A DNA stretch of 64,000 nt from Styela clava. Its lineage: Eukaryota. Positions 49,919-62,193 of this stretch are shown here, piece by piece. The DNA lies in assembly GCF_964204865.1 (NCBI RefSeq), contig NC_135262.1, positions 9,486,001-9,550,000 on the forward strand, read 5' to 3'. Within the stretch, counting starts at the first letter, position 1, and every line of letters begins with the position of its first letter. The notes under the pieces were generated by a model. It made no database searches, was not told the DNA's origin, and saw nothing but the letters and a program-made list of their open reading frames with translations. A program made the translations under genes and the position numbers.

Positions 49919-52900
49919 ATGATACCTTCTGTCAAGTTCCTTGTAGTTTTTTGGGCTTTGTCACAAGCAACGGGACAACGCGAACAAAGCGTCCCTTTTC
50001 ATACATCCAAAGATTCATGCAATGTCATCAATGTTCAATGTGGAAAAAGTCAGTTTGATGAAACAAGTAATGAAGAAAGTCAATCACGTGGCCCGCAAGG
50101 CCCGCCAGGTAAACTTGGTCCCAGAGGTCCCCATGGCTCAGGAGGAGACAAGGGTCAAAAAGTGAGCATTAATTAAATTGAAGAAAATGATATGCTGAGA
50201 CATTTATTGAATATTTATCGCGCCACGTTCTTTGCTCTTCCAAAACTTGATTTTAACAATCCGTGTAAGAGTGTAAAAATTAGGGTAACAATATTCATTA
50301 CGTAAGTTTTTTAGCTGATAGCTATACTAGTGTTTTTGACACAGGTGCGTACTATTCGAGATTTTTTTCAACAATTTTAAATATGTATCAAACCTGAAGT
50401 ATATTGACATGCATGAAATACTCTATTTATACTTTCATTTTTTCGATTGATTAGAAATTTGTTATGGGTTTGTGATGACATTTTTTGTATTGCTTTATAT
50501 TATATGCCATACTTACACATTGATGCTTAAAACAGTAATAATATAGCAGCAAACATGCATTCCATTCAAAATGCTTCCATGAAAAGAAAGTATAGTTAAA
50601 AAAGCAAACTGGTCCCCGCTCGACATTAATATTTTACACTGTTTCAAGTCACGAAAATTTGGTAGTACATTTTTTCATAAACAAAATTTCATACTTTCAC
50701 AAAGTTCATATCCAAAAAATTTTTGTAATCCACTAGCGTTGTTAATTTTAAATTCATGTCATTTGATCAAATACTATCATGGACTTACATTAAAGGGCGA
50801 GGTTGGAATGAAAGGCGAGCCAGCACCTGATGTGAGATCCAGCTTCATTACCGATTTAATGTTTGAAATTCTTCGTAAGTATTTGAATTTTCATCCATAT
50901 AAATTTGAATAAATCTTGAGCAACGGTGCCCATTTGAAATTAAACAGCTAACTTAAAGAAAGAAAAAACTTACAAATCAAAAAAAACGTTGACTTACTCA
51001 AGTGCCTTGGTAAACCTTTTAATCATAGTATAAGCAATTGGCCAGGATTTATTTAGATGAACAACATACAGAACAGTGAAACAATTTGCAAATGAGAAAG
51101 AGGTGGTTGTTGAAACGATAATATTAAATAAAAACATATAAATCGACGTAGATGCCAGACTCTAATTGTTCATCTAAGTTATATTTTGGTGAAGGTGTGA
51201 CGAGTTGTCGACAATTGGAAACGGAATTTGGTATCACACAATCTGGATTTTACGTTATGAAATCACCGGAATCCACACAAGCAATGCATATGTATTGCGA
51301 CTTCCATGTATATGAAGGTTGGCAATAGTTTATAACTTGTCCTAGAAGAATGCATACGAATATTAATTCCTATTCAAATAAACTATAGCAGTATCTTTAT
51401 TTTACTCCAACAGACTAAAAAAATAATAAGCAAATTTATTGTTTCCAAAATGTTTCCTTCGCGATAACCCTGAGTATCTCATTGTTTGAAGTATTTCGCA
51501 TATCGCAATTCAAAAAAAAACACACCTACATCTTTCGCATTCTCTCATCGAAGCATTGGGTGTGTTCAGGCAATGCTAAGTACTTATATGTTATATTCCC
51601 ATGGACCGGTGCTCAACGTTTATCAAATACTATCAATATCACAGGTATCACCACTTGCCATCATCTAAGATTGAAATACAAGGTAATAATGTCGGGAATT
51701 TATAAAATAAGGAAAAACAGCGGAAGCAATGTATTGGACCTATATTGCAACCTATCGTCGCCAAGAGGTTGGTTGAAACTATGATTTACCCATCCGCTTT
51801 ATAACATTGAATATGTTTTATAGTCATCGATTCACATTTTTAGTCTCGGTTCACAAAAAGCATTAAATGCTAGTATTATCTCCTAGTGTAGCAAAACATT
51901 CTGATTCCATAAGTATTAATGATACAATACTAAATTGAACAACAATAAAAGCGACTTTATTATTTTTAGCTACAACTAAAGTCTGGCATAATATGATGGA
52001 AGAGAATTTTATTACTGAGAAGTGCGAGGAAAAAAACTGTTATAAAACAAAACCCAGTTACTTCATAGCCGATCAGGAAATATTGGACATAGTTACCAGT
52101 TCAGAAGAGTGTAGACAGTATATAAAAGTAACTTTCTAAAGTATTGAATTTACTGCTAAATATTTCAATTTTTGAGTTGGAAGCTTTTTTTTTATTAAGT
52201 GTCACTACGCTAATTAAGTTTCACTACGCTAAGAGTTAAAATAGAAATAAAACATCCTAATTAGTATCACATCAAACGTATACGAGTCAGTAAAAACTCA
52301 TTGAGGAAGCAAACTTTGACTGCAATATTTGATATACTCCATCAACGTTTTGTTTAGCTGACCTACCAAACTTTTGTTCCGTTACAACAAGTCATATCTC
52401 TAAATTGTTTCATCTCTATATCGCATCACGCTATAATCAATAATATAAAGTTGATGATGAGACATAGGATTCAGAAATTCGGAAAATCTTGAAATATAAA
52501 AATAACAAACTATAGTGCATGTTTTGGTGAATAAAATTTATCATTATATTATTGTAGTTTAGATGTTTTGGTGTAGTTTTAACATTCGGGTCTTAGATTG
52601 CTCGCGTTGGAGAAGTCATGACATACTGGGGAGGATCGACATCAAGAAGAGCTGGGTATTGCGCTTGTGGAGAAATAAGTGAGAAATATTTATAGTCAAA
52701 TCAAAAATTGTATTTTTAGTATTTGAAGGTTTTTGAATTTAATCTGGTTCTATTATTTTTGTCATTCTCTAGTCTAGACAATTTGTTCGCTCTAACGATT
52801 TGTTTTATGGGTTTGAAACGTAGTTGGTAAACTTTTTTGTTGCCTTCGAACGACTTCACTTCTAATGAGTAAAAACAAAAATTTTCATAATTTGCTGTGA

Positions 52901-54033
52901 TTAGCGTTAGCCAAGAGACGGCATCGGCAACCTACGACACGCGGGCCTAACCCGGCCCGCGGAGTAAAATAATCCGGGCCGCGACGCTCCACTGAATTAT
53001 AGCGACAAAATGGCGGTTTTGATGATGGATTAATTTTATATTCCACGCTTGAGGAGTTGATTATATTTTTCACGTAACAGAATTTATTGTGAGACATGTG
53101 TAGATTAAATTATAATATACCCCAACTTATACTTAGTGATTATCTACTTGTTTGACGAGTCTACAATTTAATTGTAATTAGACAAATGGCAACACGCAGA
53201 AAAGTTAATGCTGAGTGCAGAGGGTGCAATGGCGCAGAAAATATTTGAGCTTCTTGACATGCAATGCAATGAGGAAACAAAATCCATATTGTATTCGAGA
53301 GATGTATCACTGCTTCATTTTTATAAAAAGTATCTTCTTGCGTGCGAACAATTATTTTCGAAAATGAACATCACAAAGAAAAGTCGGAAAAATCGTAATC
53401 GGTGAAAAAATTGTGATTCTTTTTTACCTTCCTAAAAAATGTGTGCCGCCCGCCAAGACTCCCACCCCTAGATTTTGGTTCGCGATCGACAAAGGGTTTC
53501 CGACCCCTGGCGTACGCGAAAGAACATGTCAATTGTTAGTTTTTCGCGTGCCGAACGGGCTACCGATAATTGTAATTAACACAGAAATAAAAATTGTTGG
53601 TTTGTCAGTGTGCGTCAAAAGTTTAATGGGCCAATTGTTTATATGCGGAAATTGATGAGGCCCTCACACTGCCCCTATGTTCATTTATGGCCCAGTAGTA
53701 GACTGGTTTAAAACATGGCGATTGATTGTGCGAAATGTCATTTTATAGAGTTGAAACACAATTTACTCAATATATTCTTTAATTAATATGAATGGAATAA
53801 TTTTGAATTTTCCAGTCTAATTTTAATTTATTTATTTAGACTCGTGTGAACCAAATCATTTAGGCAATCGAGGAAAATGCAACTGTGACAATAATCAATT
53901 GCTGCTTACCCAAGACGAAGGGTATTTGACTGATAAAACCAAACTACCAGTTCAGGAACTTCGATTTGGTGACATGGGGGGGACACCTGAAACTGCCAGT
54001 ATCAGTCTTGGAAAACTGGAATGTATGGGTTAA
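49919..54033 (+). CDS. Secreted short-collagen + CASPR/neurexin-IV-type fibrinogen-like domain protein (ficolin-like layout); in-frame TAG at 52594, so possibly a pseudogene or null allele
   Basis: Exons 49919-50161, 50796-50874, 50959-51009 (least certain), 51195-51317, 51645-51767, 51970-52127, 52558-52678, 53840-54033. Signal peptide, ~11 Gly-X-Y triplets, motifs SCRQL..SGFY..YCDF, SEECRQYIKFRC, TYWGG..CACG, CNCD..DEGYLTDKTKLPV..FGD..LGKLEC.G. Confidence 0.82.
52918..53509. mobile_element. Degenerate non-autonomous hAT element
   Basis: Right end GGTTTCCGACCCCTG, degenerate left end TCGGCAACC, GGCCCGCG subterminal motifs. No clean TSD. Confidence 0.7.
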
Positions 54034-55171
54034 AAAAGAAACCTTACAAAATGACCTGTTTAATTTTAATCTTATGCTCATGCTAAATAGTTGCAAACAC
54101 TTCTTTTTAATTCTTCAATTTTGGGTGATTTAAACGGTTATAATACTATAGCTGTTATATAATACATAAACTACATTTTTAATAAGTAATTGTTTCATTA
54201 GAGTTGTTGATGATTGTACAATAGTCTACTCTGATTTTTTGTTAAATTGTTGTTAAGGAGACCGCTTTTTTTGAGAAGAGACTTTTTTTATTGCCCCTCA
54301 ATTAAATCAATAATCAATTGCCCGATTTTTGATTTTTAATAGTTGAAAGTGGATGAATGTCTATCAATTTAAATTTTTCAATTTCAAACTCCCAGGATAT
54401 ATTTAATACAAAACTTTGTTGTTCCATCTTAGTACATAGTAAAACCTTTCACAATACTAGAAAATTTTGTTTGTCTCGCCTGTTCTCCCAAATTTTCAGT
54501 ATATTCGGTCTCAGCTGAGGTCCCACTGTAGTATACCAACACCCAAACTTCGTGTTTATATATTTGAGAATTTCACTCTTGTTCAAAAATGTGATAGGAA
54601 GTCAACAATTGTACTATTACTGAAAAGCATGTGAATATCTATATATTCAGTTTTAAATCGTATCGTTGGCAAAAGTTTTCGAGCTCGACCAACTTAATGT
54701 TCTGCTCTGTCGTTCTATTATTTTAATTATATCTGATTAAACAGCATTGTTTTTCTATATCTCCAAGTTGGTTATATAGCCACATGCATGCATGTCATTG
54801 AGTTTTTTCTATTACTAATGAAATACACATCGCTTTATTGCACAATAATAATATTTATCAGTAAGTATGTATCATTGTAAAAAATATAAAATCATTATTG
54901 CTATCTGATAATCCAATATATGCTCCCATAACACGTTTTAAAACTGTGTTTTGTTGAAGATACGTTAGTGTAGTGAAGTCGATAGTAGTTAACTTAAGTT
55001 AGGTTTTCAAGCTTGTACTTGGGGGATCAGTCAGTGGCCCATAGATGCCATAAAAGAAATCCTAATTAGAACTTCCAATGAGTACGTATAACAGTGCAGG
55101 ACAGAATCTATTTACAACCAATTTCAAAGTTTCTCCTTCGAGTATGTTCAGTTTCAAGTTGAATGTTAACA

Positions 55172-57254
55172 TCAAGGGATAGTGTTGCTCTCCTTTGGGG
55201 AGTGATGAATGGGTTTGAAAGTATGAGGCTTTACATATAAGGTATGTGGATCAACAGCCACAGTGTGAGCAGGTATAGAGGAAGGCTCATGAAAGTATAC
55301 AAATAAAACAGAAATGATGCTTTGATATAAAAGAGCGCTGAAAACTACAATCATGAACCACCATTTTCCTTGTCCCTGTAAAATGAAGAAATGTTAGGTG
55401 TTTCAGCTCTGGAAAAGTAAACATCGTTGTCGTGTTACTATTAGAAAGCTAATATTGAGGTATGAAAACTGTTCTGATTAGTAAAGTGTAATTAAAATTT
55501 TATTCAAATTGGTTGAACACAAGCACAAATTTAACATAAATTTATCAGCTCTCATGGGAACTCATCATACCATAAGTTTAACGATTAAACGAACGAGGAG
55601 AACAAGAATTTCTAAAGTTTTTACTAATTTCAACTTTATGCAAACGAGTATACATACAGAAAAAATAGTGAATATTCCAATATTCAATGAAACGGGGACT
55701 AAAACAACGACTAAACAGAAATCACGTAAACACAATCTGTTCGACGGTTTTTATTTATTAAAGTGACTGAAAATATTGTAATTCACTGTAAAATGCTCAC
55801 CACTGTTTCTCTTTTATAAAACCAGGATAACAGAAGACATACGAAGATACTTACTAAAAAAAATTCAGGTAAAAACAAATTAGATGTCAAAAATTTTCGC
55901 GTGCAAATGTCACGTTTGATTAGGGTGACGAATAGAATGAATGAATTGATACGTCAGAGTCTAACGTACGTTTGCATTTAGAGCCCATCATTTTGGAAGT
56001 ATCAGGTAGGCAGTTGAATACATTCAGTAAGTCTCAGGATAGTTCTCTGTTACTATTGGAGAACGTTTATCCATAGGCAGCTATTCAAAAGGTAACACAT
56101 ACGTCAAGTTTTGGAGTCTAGCATGCACGCTCTAATATACAAACGAGAATATCGGCCAGAGACCGAAGACTTATCGATCGAAAGTTAGGGACTCCCCCAA
56201 AACATCGCTCTTACTCCATAGTGACACCTTGTGTCCCATCACTAATTAATTAATAACTCGCTAATTATACTACATAATTCATCCAAAAACAATAGGCTTC
56301 TGTTCCAACATATGATGAATGCACATGCAAAATCTAGAGCAGATTCAATTTCGTTTTCGGGAGATATCGCGTGCATCTAACAGACAGACAGACATACAGA
56401 TACCTATCAACATACTTACCGATCAAAATCGATAAGTAATAAGCTACTGCCTTCATTTAGTGCACTGTGTCGATTTCGCTACCAACAACATTAAATGGGG
56501 ATGTATGAATGAATCTTGTCATTAATAAGTTATATTTATTACGCACAATACCAATCTATGCATGATTGTTTACATGGCATATTTAATTATTAGATTATTA
56601 AAGTAACTTACTTGCAATATTGACAAGTAGATATAAGTCATGGTGAACTGATGATGACTTAATTCCCACGAGTACTATCGCAATAATTGCAACGATAAAA
56701 CTTATTGCACCGTAACCGCGCACAAGTTTACTCTGAAAAAATTAAATGAATAAAAAGTGATAGATTCACATGAAGGCTCTTAAACCTAATGACGTTACTA
56801 TTAAGTGGGGGCTCATGAAGTATGCGGACCAAGATGGCGGACATCGGAATGTAATATGTGTACTAGGTTAGGGTTAGGCCATAATTTTAGGTATAAATAC
56901 TACGAGAGGCTCTTGGTTCGTCTTCGAACTGATAATAGGACTAAAATAAGGAAAATTGGAAAAAAATTATCGCCTAACCCTAACCTGTTACCCATGTTAC
57001 GTTCCGATGTCCGCCATCTTGGTTCGCATTCTTCGGGAGCACCATTAAGTGTTCTCCAAATCAAGCTATGATTCCCCTTCCCATTTTATTAAATACTGTC
57101 GTTAAGAATTTCAAGAGGGCCTATATCTACTGTTTTCGGTCACAGAATATTCCCAACTGTTCAATGTTTCCTCCAAGTTAGGTAAGTAATTTCGTACGCT
57201 TACCTTAAGAGGACTGATTTCGTAGTAGATTGGTCCAGATGAATTATTCTCCAT
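55172..57254 (-). CDS. TMEM243: TMEM243-like three-pass membrane protein, 142 aa, 4 coding exons
   Basis: Exons 57254-57204, 56732-56612, 55853-55801, 55375-55172 in frame. Three hydrophobic segments. GPIYYEISPLKSKLV, LLSWFYKRETV and FVYFHE resemble, from recall, TMEM243 PLFGETSAKDRII, LIYWYRQGDL and NLYFHD. Confidence 0.72.
56141..56439 (-). mobile_element. DINE-1/HINE-like (Helentron-associated) element in TMEM243-like intron
   Basis: Full-length homology to 3568-3874. Confidence 0.85.
56808..57043. mobile_element. Palindromic MITE with 8-bp TSD (Merlin-like), second copy
   Basis: Near-identical to 26046-26281, TSD ATTAAGTG. Confidence 0.88.
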
Positions 57255-58746
57255 TGCAACTCTGCCTTCTAAATTAAAATTTACCTGTAATATTGACGGT
57301 TTAAATCAACAGCAGCATAGCTTAGATGTATCATATACCCGTGGTCGCTCTTATGAATTGTTTGGATAGACACGCCTGGACGACTAGTTATACATCACAT
57401 GAGTGTGGCACAGAATAACATTGTGTAACCTCCACAATACGTCAGATAACTCGAATATGATTAACGTATTTAGTTCCATCTTGCAAAATGCGTGATCATG
57501 CATACGCACGAAATATCTAAATACTAGGTCGTTGAAGAATAATAAAGATTCTGAAAAATTCAACTAATTTTTGTACCAGGAGTTATTTTCGAAATAACAT
57601 TATTCATTTTATACCGGAGCTAAACAAAAGTCGCGAGTTGATTTGTGCTCGACGGTTGGTATGAGCCCTAAAATAACGCGAGTTTTAAGATACTGTATAA
57701 GAATATTTTTCTGTCACAGAAAATAATTTAGTTGGCCGAAATCTGTTAGCGGTTAAAATTCGACAATTACTCTAGAACAAAAAAAAAACGAAAGATAAGT
57801 TTTGTTCCTCAGAATGTCAGTTTAAAAGTTTGTATATAACATTCTTCTCATTCAATATAACTTAGGTATAGAATATTTCGACAAAAGTTTTTTTTCCAGA
57901 GAGAAATTTGTAGTATTCAATATGTGTCTCGAATATGGTGACTGCGTCTATATATTCAAGCTGTTCTCGTGTAGGCAAGATAAAGCCAATAATTCGAAAC
58001 AGTTGTCTGTGGATAAGGTAAGCAAGGCTATAAAATAAGTCAAAGTGGAAAAGCATGGCATAAAGAGTAACTCACGGATAGATGAATAACCTTAGTAAGC
58101 CATGATAAATTCGTGTGCCGAAATACTGTACCTGTAAATACTGTGCCTGTATTTTAAAAAATGAATTCGAGTTCATGAATTTGAATCGCTTTTATGCTTT
58201 GCTGAGTGTTACCAGGTTCTCAAATTCCCATTATATTTTAAAGATGATTGCTGGATACAATACGAATAAGAAAAGTATTTCTGAAATTTGCATAATATCC
58301 CATTTTCCGCCAGTATCGCATTATATTATTATATTGCAGTTTCCTAAAATTGCCAATTTAAGATCCGATTTTCTGAGTTCATTTTGCACCGTTCATTTTC
58401 AGAAAACTTTTTTTTAACCAACAGGCTTTAAAACTTCATTCGTAGCTTTTTAAAAGCGTATGCTCAAGTTCTGTATGACGAGATAACGCTAAAGGTTTAT
58501 TCTTCTTGATGTCATTTTACATGATATGCGACCTAATATCCAAGAATCTGTAAAGGTTTAGCAGATAAGGGCTTCTGTGTAGTGTAAAGGTTTATGCGTT
58601 AATTATAGATAATTAACTTTACTGTTCTTGTGGCATTTTCAAACAAAACAAAACCTCAACCATTATTATAGCTAAAATCGTTACTGAAAAAGTCACAATT
58701 ATATTTACGGAATTTGCAAAGTCAGCGCTTCACTTGACAATTCTCA

Positions 58747-58754
58747 TGACGTCA
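58747..58754. promoter_or_regulatory. Palindromic CRE (TGACGTCA) in the divergent intergenic region between the TMEM243-like and ACOT-like genes
   Basis: Motif match only. Confidence 0.3.
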
Positions 58755-59783
58755 TGCCCTTATTATTACTGCAAATCAGCTTCAAAATGAAGGGAATGTA
58801 ATTATTTTCGAAGAGAATTGGCGCAACAAATCGTAAGTAAGCCAATATGCGTCGTTACAACGAAATTCGTGATGGATTTCAAGTTATATTCTTGTTCACA
58901 ATTTAAGCTTATATATCTGCTGGCCTGATGGGGCTGATAAGCTGGAGTGCGCATAAGCACGGAAGGATCGTTGTAAAGCAAGCTTTCGAGATAGAACTGG
59001 AAAGACGTTGCGGATATAGGAAGATGCATTTTCTACACAATTCCCATTTCCAAATTTTTCAAAGCAAGTTTGGGAATTGAATGACAGCATAAGAACGTCA
59101 AGTATAAAGAACACGCTATTTCTTTTTACTGTGTCTATCAAAATTAATCCAGTGGATCAGATTCAGAATGTTGAAACTAATTATACTATTTTCTTACTTT
59201 CAAAAATATTTACACTTACTTATTCATAAAATATTCGTAGAATGAACATAAAATCCTAGACCAGTTATATATGCTTCCTATTTCGATGTATGATGGCGAA
59301 TGTCTATATTTCCTAATTAAATACATGTTTAACCTTATTTTGTGAAGAGATATCGAGATGCGTATGATTTTACCAGTCATCGTACTGAAGCAAATTTTGT
59401 ATTGCATTTGAAAACGTCCAAACGACTGTGTGCTATCGTATTTCAATTCACCACCCCACGCTAGAAATCAGCTTGTCGCACTTCATATCGCAATTCTGAT
59501 GATATTTAATATCAAGTTTACACAAAAAATGTTTCGCAATAAAACTAATCTTTTTTATATGATGTTTGTTTCAATTATTGTCCAGATTAATTGATCTCGA
59601 GTCGCTTAGGTATATCATAGCTACGCAATTTTATTGATTGTGAGGCATACACAATAACTCTTCATTACGTGACGACGTACAACGTTTTTCACCTTCAAAT
59701 TATTGTACAAACGTTTTAATCAATTTCAAACGAGATATCGTTTGTATTGCATGAAGCAGGCATGTGTACGTTTTCGGATAAAT

Positions 59784-61094
59784 ATGGCTAAAATAATTGT
59801 CAAACCATACAATTCTTTGTATGATGATCCCAATTTGGTGATCAGAGTGGTGAATCTAGGGTTAAATGAGAAAATAACGATACAATCATGTCAGACGAGT
59901 GATAAAGGAAGAGAATTTCATGCTTATGCATATTACATAACTGACGACAATGGAAAAGTTGATGTTTCGGTCGATTCTTCGTTTGGAGGATATTACACCG
60001 GCGTGGAACCGTTGGGACTATTATGGGCAATGAGAATAGTTCCGGGACCAAAACAGAAATTTTCGTCTTTAGTTAAGCAAGATGCAACCACACCTGCTTT
60101 CATTATATATAAAGTGTATAGAGGTCACATTGACATTGATCAAATTGGAAGCATAAATACCAGAAAGTGTTTGATGGTGTCTTCTAAATTTGAAAGAAAA
60201 TTTGCGAATTCTAACATTCGTCGGTTCGTTGTAAAAGAAGGTGATCTCAGAGGTGTTATATTTGTTCCTGAACAAAAAGGTTCTTTTATGGGTGTTATAG
60301 ATTTAGGAGGAGTGAACGGTGGGATGGTAGAAATGCGCGCGGCACTACTTTCAAATTACGGATTTGTTGTACTGAGCCTAAGTCTCTTTGGCGCTTTCGA
60401 TCAGATAAAAAAAGTTTCTCACGTTGATTTGGCGTACATTGAAAGAGGGGTCAAATATCTTCTTTGCCACGAGAAAGTTTTTAAAGATGGGGTCGGGGTG
60501 TTGGGAGTTTCATTTGGAGGAAGCGCTGTATTGGCTGCAGCAACATTTGTCAAAGATATAAAGTGCGTTGTGAATATTAGTGGTCCTCTTTCTGCTTCTG
60601 GTTTTACAAATTTCAAATATGGTGAAAAAATATGGATGCCCACGGAAGAAAAGATTAATGGACATCCAGTGATTGACGGCATACAGCGTCCATCGTGCAT
60701 GATACAAACTCCACAATATCTAAAAATTCATAAGCACTTCCCAGAATTTCAAAAATCGGAGGCATCCATACTTTTTATATACGGCGAAGATGACAGATCA
60801 GTGAACTGGAAAGAACAGTCAGAACTTGCTATACAGCTAATGAAATCTTCAAACAAGACAAATTATGAAATAAAATCGTACCCCGGAACTGGCCATATGA
60901 TCTTTCCCCCATACGTACCCATGTTTTCTTTGGCGTATATCTTGCCAACGGCCAACTATCCCACCTACCTCGGTGGTACATCGAAAGATCATGCATATGG
61001 TCAGGCTAATGCATGGAAACACATTATCAGCTTTTTGAAAGAACATGGGAACAAAATGAGAGATAACAATTTCACTCTCGAATCACGTTTGTGA
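59784..61094 (+). CDS. Type I acyl-CoA thioesterase / BAAT-family alpha/beta hydrolase, peroxisomal, intronless, ~436 aa
   Basis: N-terminal ACOT domain (FGGYYTGVEPLGLLWAM), EMRAALLSNYGF, nucleophile GVSFG, acid GEDD, His in YPGTGHMIFPPY, C-terminal PTS1 -SRL. Start chosen at MAKIIVKP; an upstream in-frame ATG exists at 59751. Confidence 0.93.
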   Translation: MAKIIVKPYNSLYDDPNLVIRVVNLGLNEKITIQSCQTSDKGREFHAYAYYITDDNGKVDVSVDSSFGGYYTGVEPLGLLWAMRIVPGPKQKFSSLVKQDATTPAFIIYKVYRGHIDIDQIGSINTRKCLMVSSKFERKFANSNIRRFVVKEGDLRGVIFVPEQKGSFMGVIDLGGVNGGMVEMRAALLSNYGFVVLSLSLFGAFDQIKKVSHVDLAYIERGVKYLLCHEKVFKDGVGVLGVSFGGSAVLAAATFVKDIKCVVNISGPLSASGFTNFKYGEKIWMPTEEKINGHPVIDGIQRPSCMIQTPQYLKIHKHFPEFQKSEASILFIYGEDDRSVNWKEQSELAIQLMKSSNKTNYEIKSYPGTGHMIFPPYVPMFSLAYILPTANYPTYLGGTSKDHAYGQANAWKHIISFLKEHGNKMRDNNFTLESRL

Positions 61095-61917
61095 GTTCTA
61101 AACACCGGAGTAATAAATAAATAGTGGAACGTGTGTTTCCGAATATATTTATACAGCGTACATTTTTTAAATTGTTCCAGTATTTTATTTAAAATATTGA
61201 TACAAACGAGCATGATGTTGTTAAAAGTCGAAGTTTGAAAAAATAGACGCAGAGAAAAGGTATTATGTGTTTGGCTGACCACCTGTACTAATATATACAG
61301 TATATGCCTCTTTCTGGATATTCAAGAACAATTATATTCCTGTTAATAATAATAAAATTACAGGAGGAGGATGTTTTAAATTTTATATGGACGTTCACCA
61401 CTTATGAAAGGGATGTAGGAAAATTACTGTGTGACATCATATTAAAGAGAAGTGACAAGGGTCAATTTTCAAGTAATGGGTTAATAAAGTTATTTTGAAC
61501 TAATTTGCTTGTATACACAGACTATTGTAACAACCTGTACAAATATTACGTTTCCTAGTCAGTCTGCTAGTAGGGCATAGAAAAAAATATAGTCCAATTT
61601 CAGGAAGGCGTCAAAATAATAGAAAACCAGCTAATATTATAATATTTCTTGATGTTATGGGCTGTGGACTGACAAAAATAGAAATTTGGACCAAGTCCGT
61701 CTTGATATCGTCACAAAAGCTACAAAATGGAACTGCACAATAAAGCATGAGATTGAATTTATCGAAAAAAAAATTCTTATTCACTGAAGGGCAAATTTCA
61801 ATATGACGTTAAAGAGCTCCCAAAGTTTTGAAACAAATCTATTAGTTGTGTTTAATAGGTTTTAGTGTTTTGGGTAGGTGATCGAGGGTATTCGAGTGTG
61901 CGGGATTAGGTCAAGGG

Positions 61918-62193
61918 CCGTGTTCCCTTCAAAGTGTGTGCGTGTGCGCGCGCACATAGCTTTCAGAGGCTGCGCACACGCATAGATTTACTGCGCACAG
62001 ACGTATTTCGATGTAATGTAACCATGTTCTCGGTTGGCAGGTTGAGAAAGTTTGTTGTTGGCCCACCCATTATCCGGTTAGAACGCCAAAATTTCTTCAT
62101 AGATTTTTGCACAAATATTAGTAATTTCCAAAAAAGTGCGCACACACCAAAATTTCTGCGCACACATACTACAAAAAATTGAAGGGAACATTG
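61918..62193. mobile_element. Non-autonomous hAT-like MITE
   Basis: TIR CCGTGTTCCCTTCAA/TTGAAGGGAACATTG, TSD GTCAAGGG/GTCAGGGG (7/8), repeated GCGCACA subterminal motifs. Confidence 0.82.

Noticed and set aside
59842-61046. Several minus-strand ORFs within the ACOT-like gene
   Set aside because: Antisense shadows of a real CDS.
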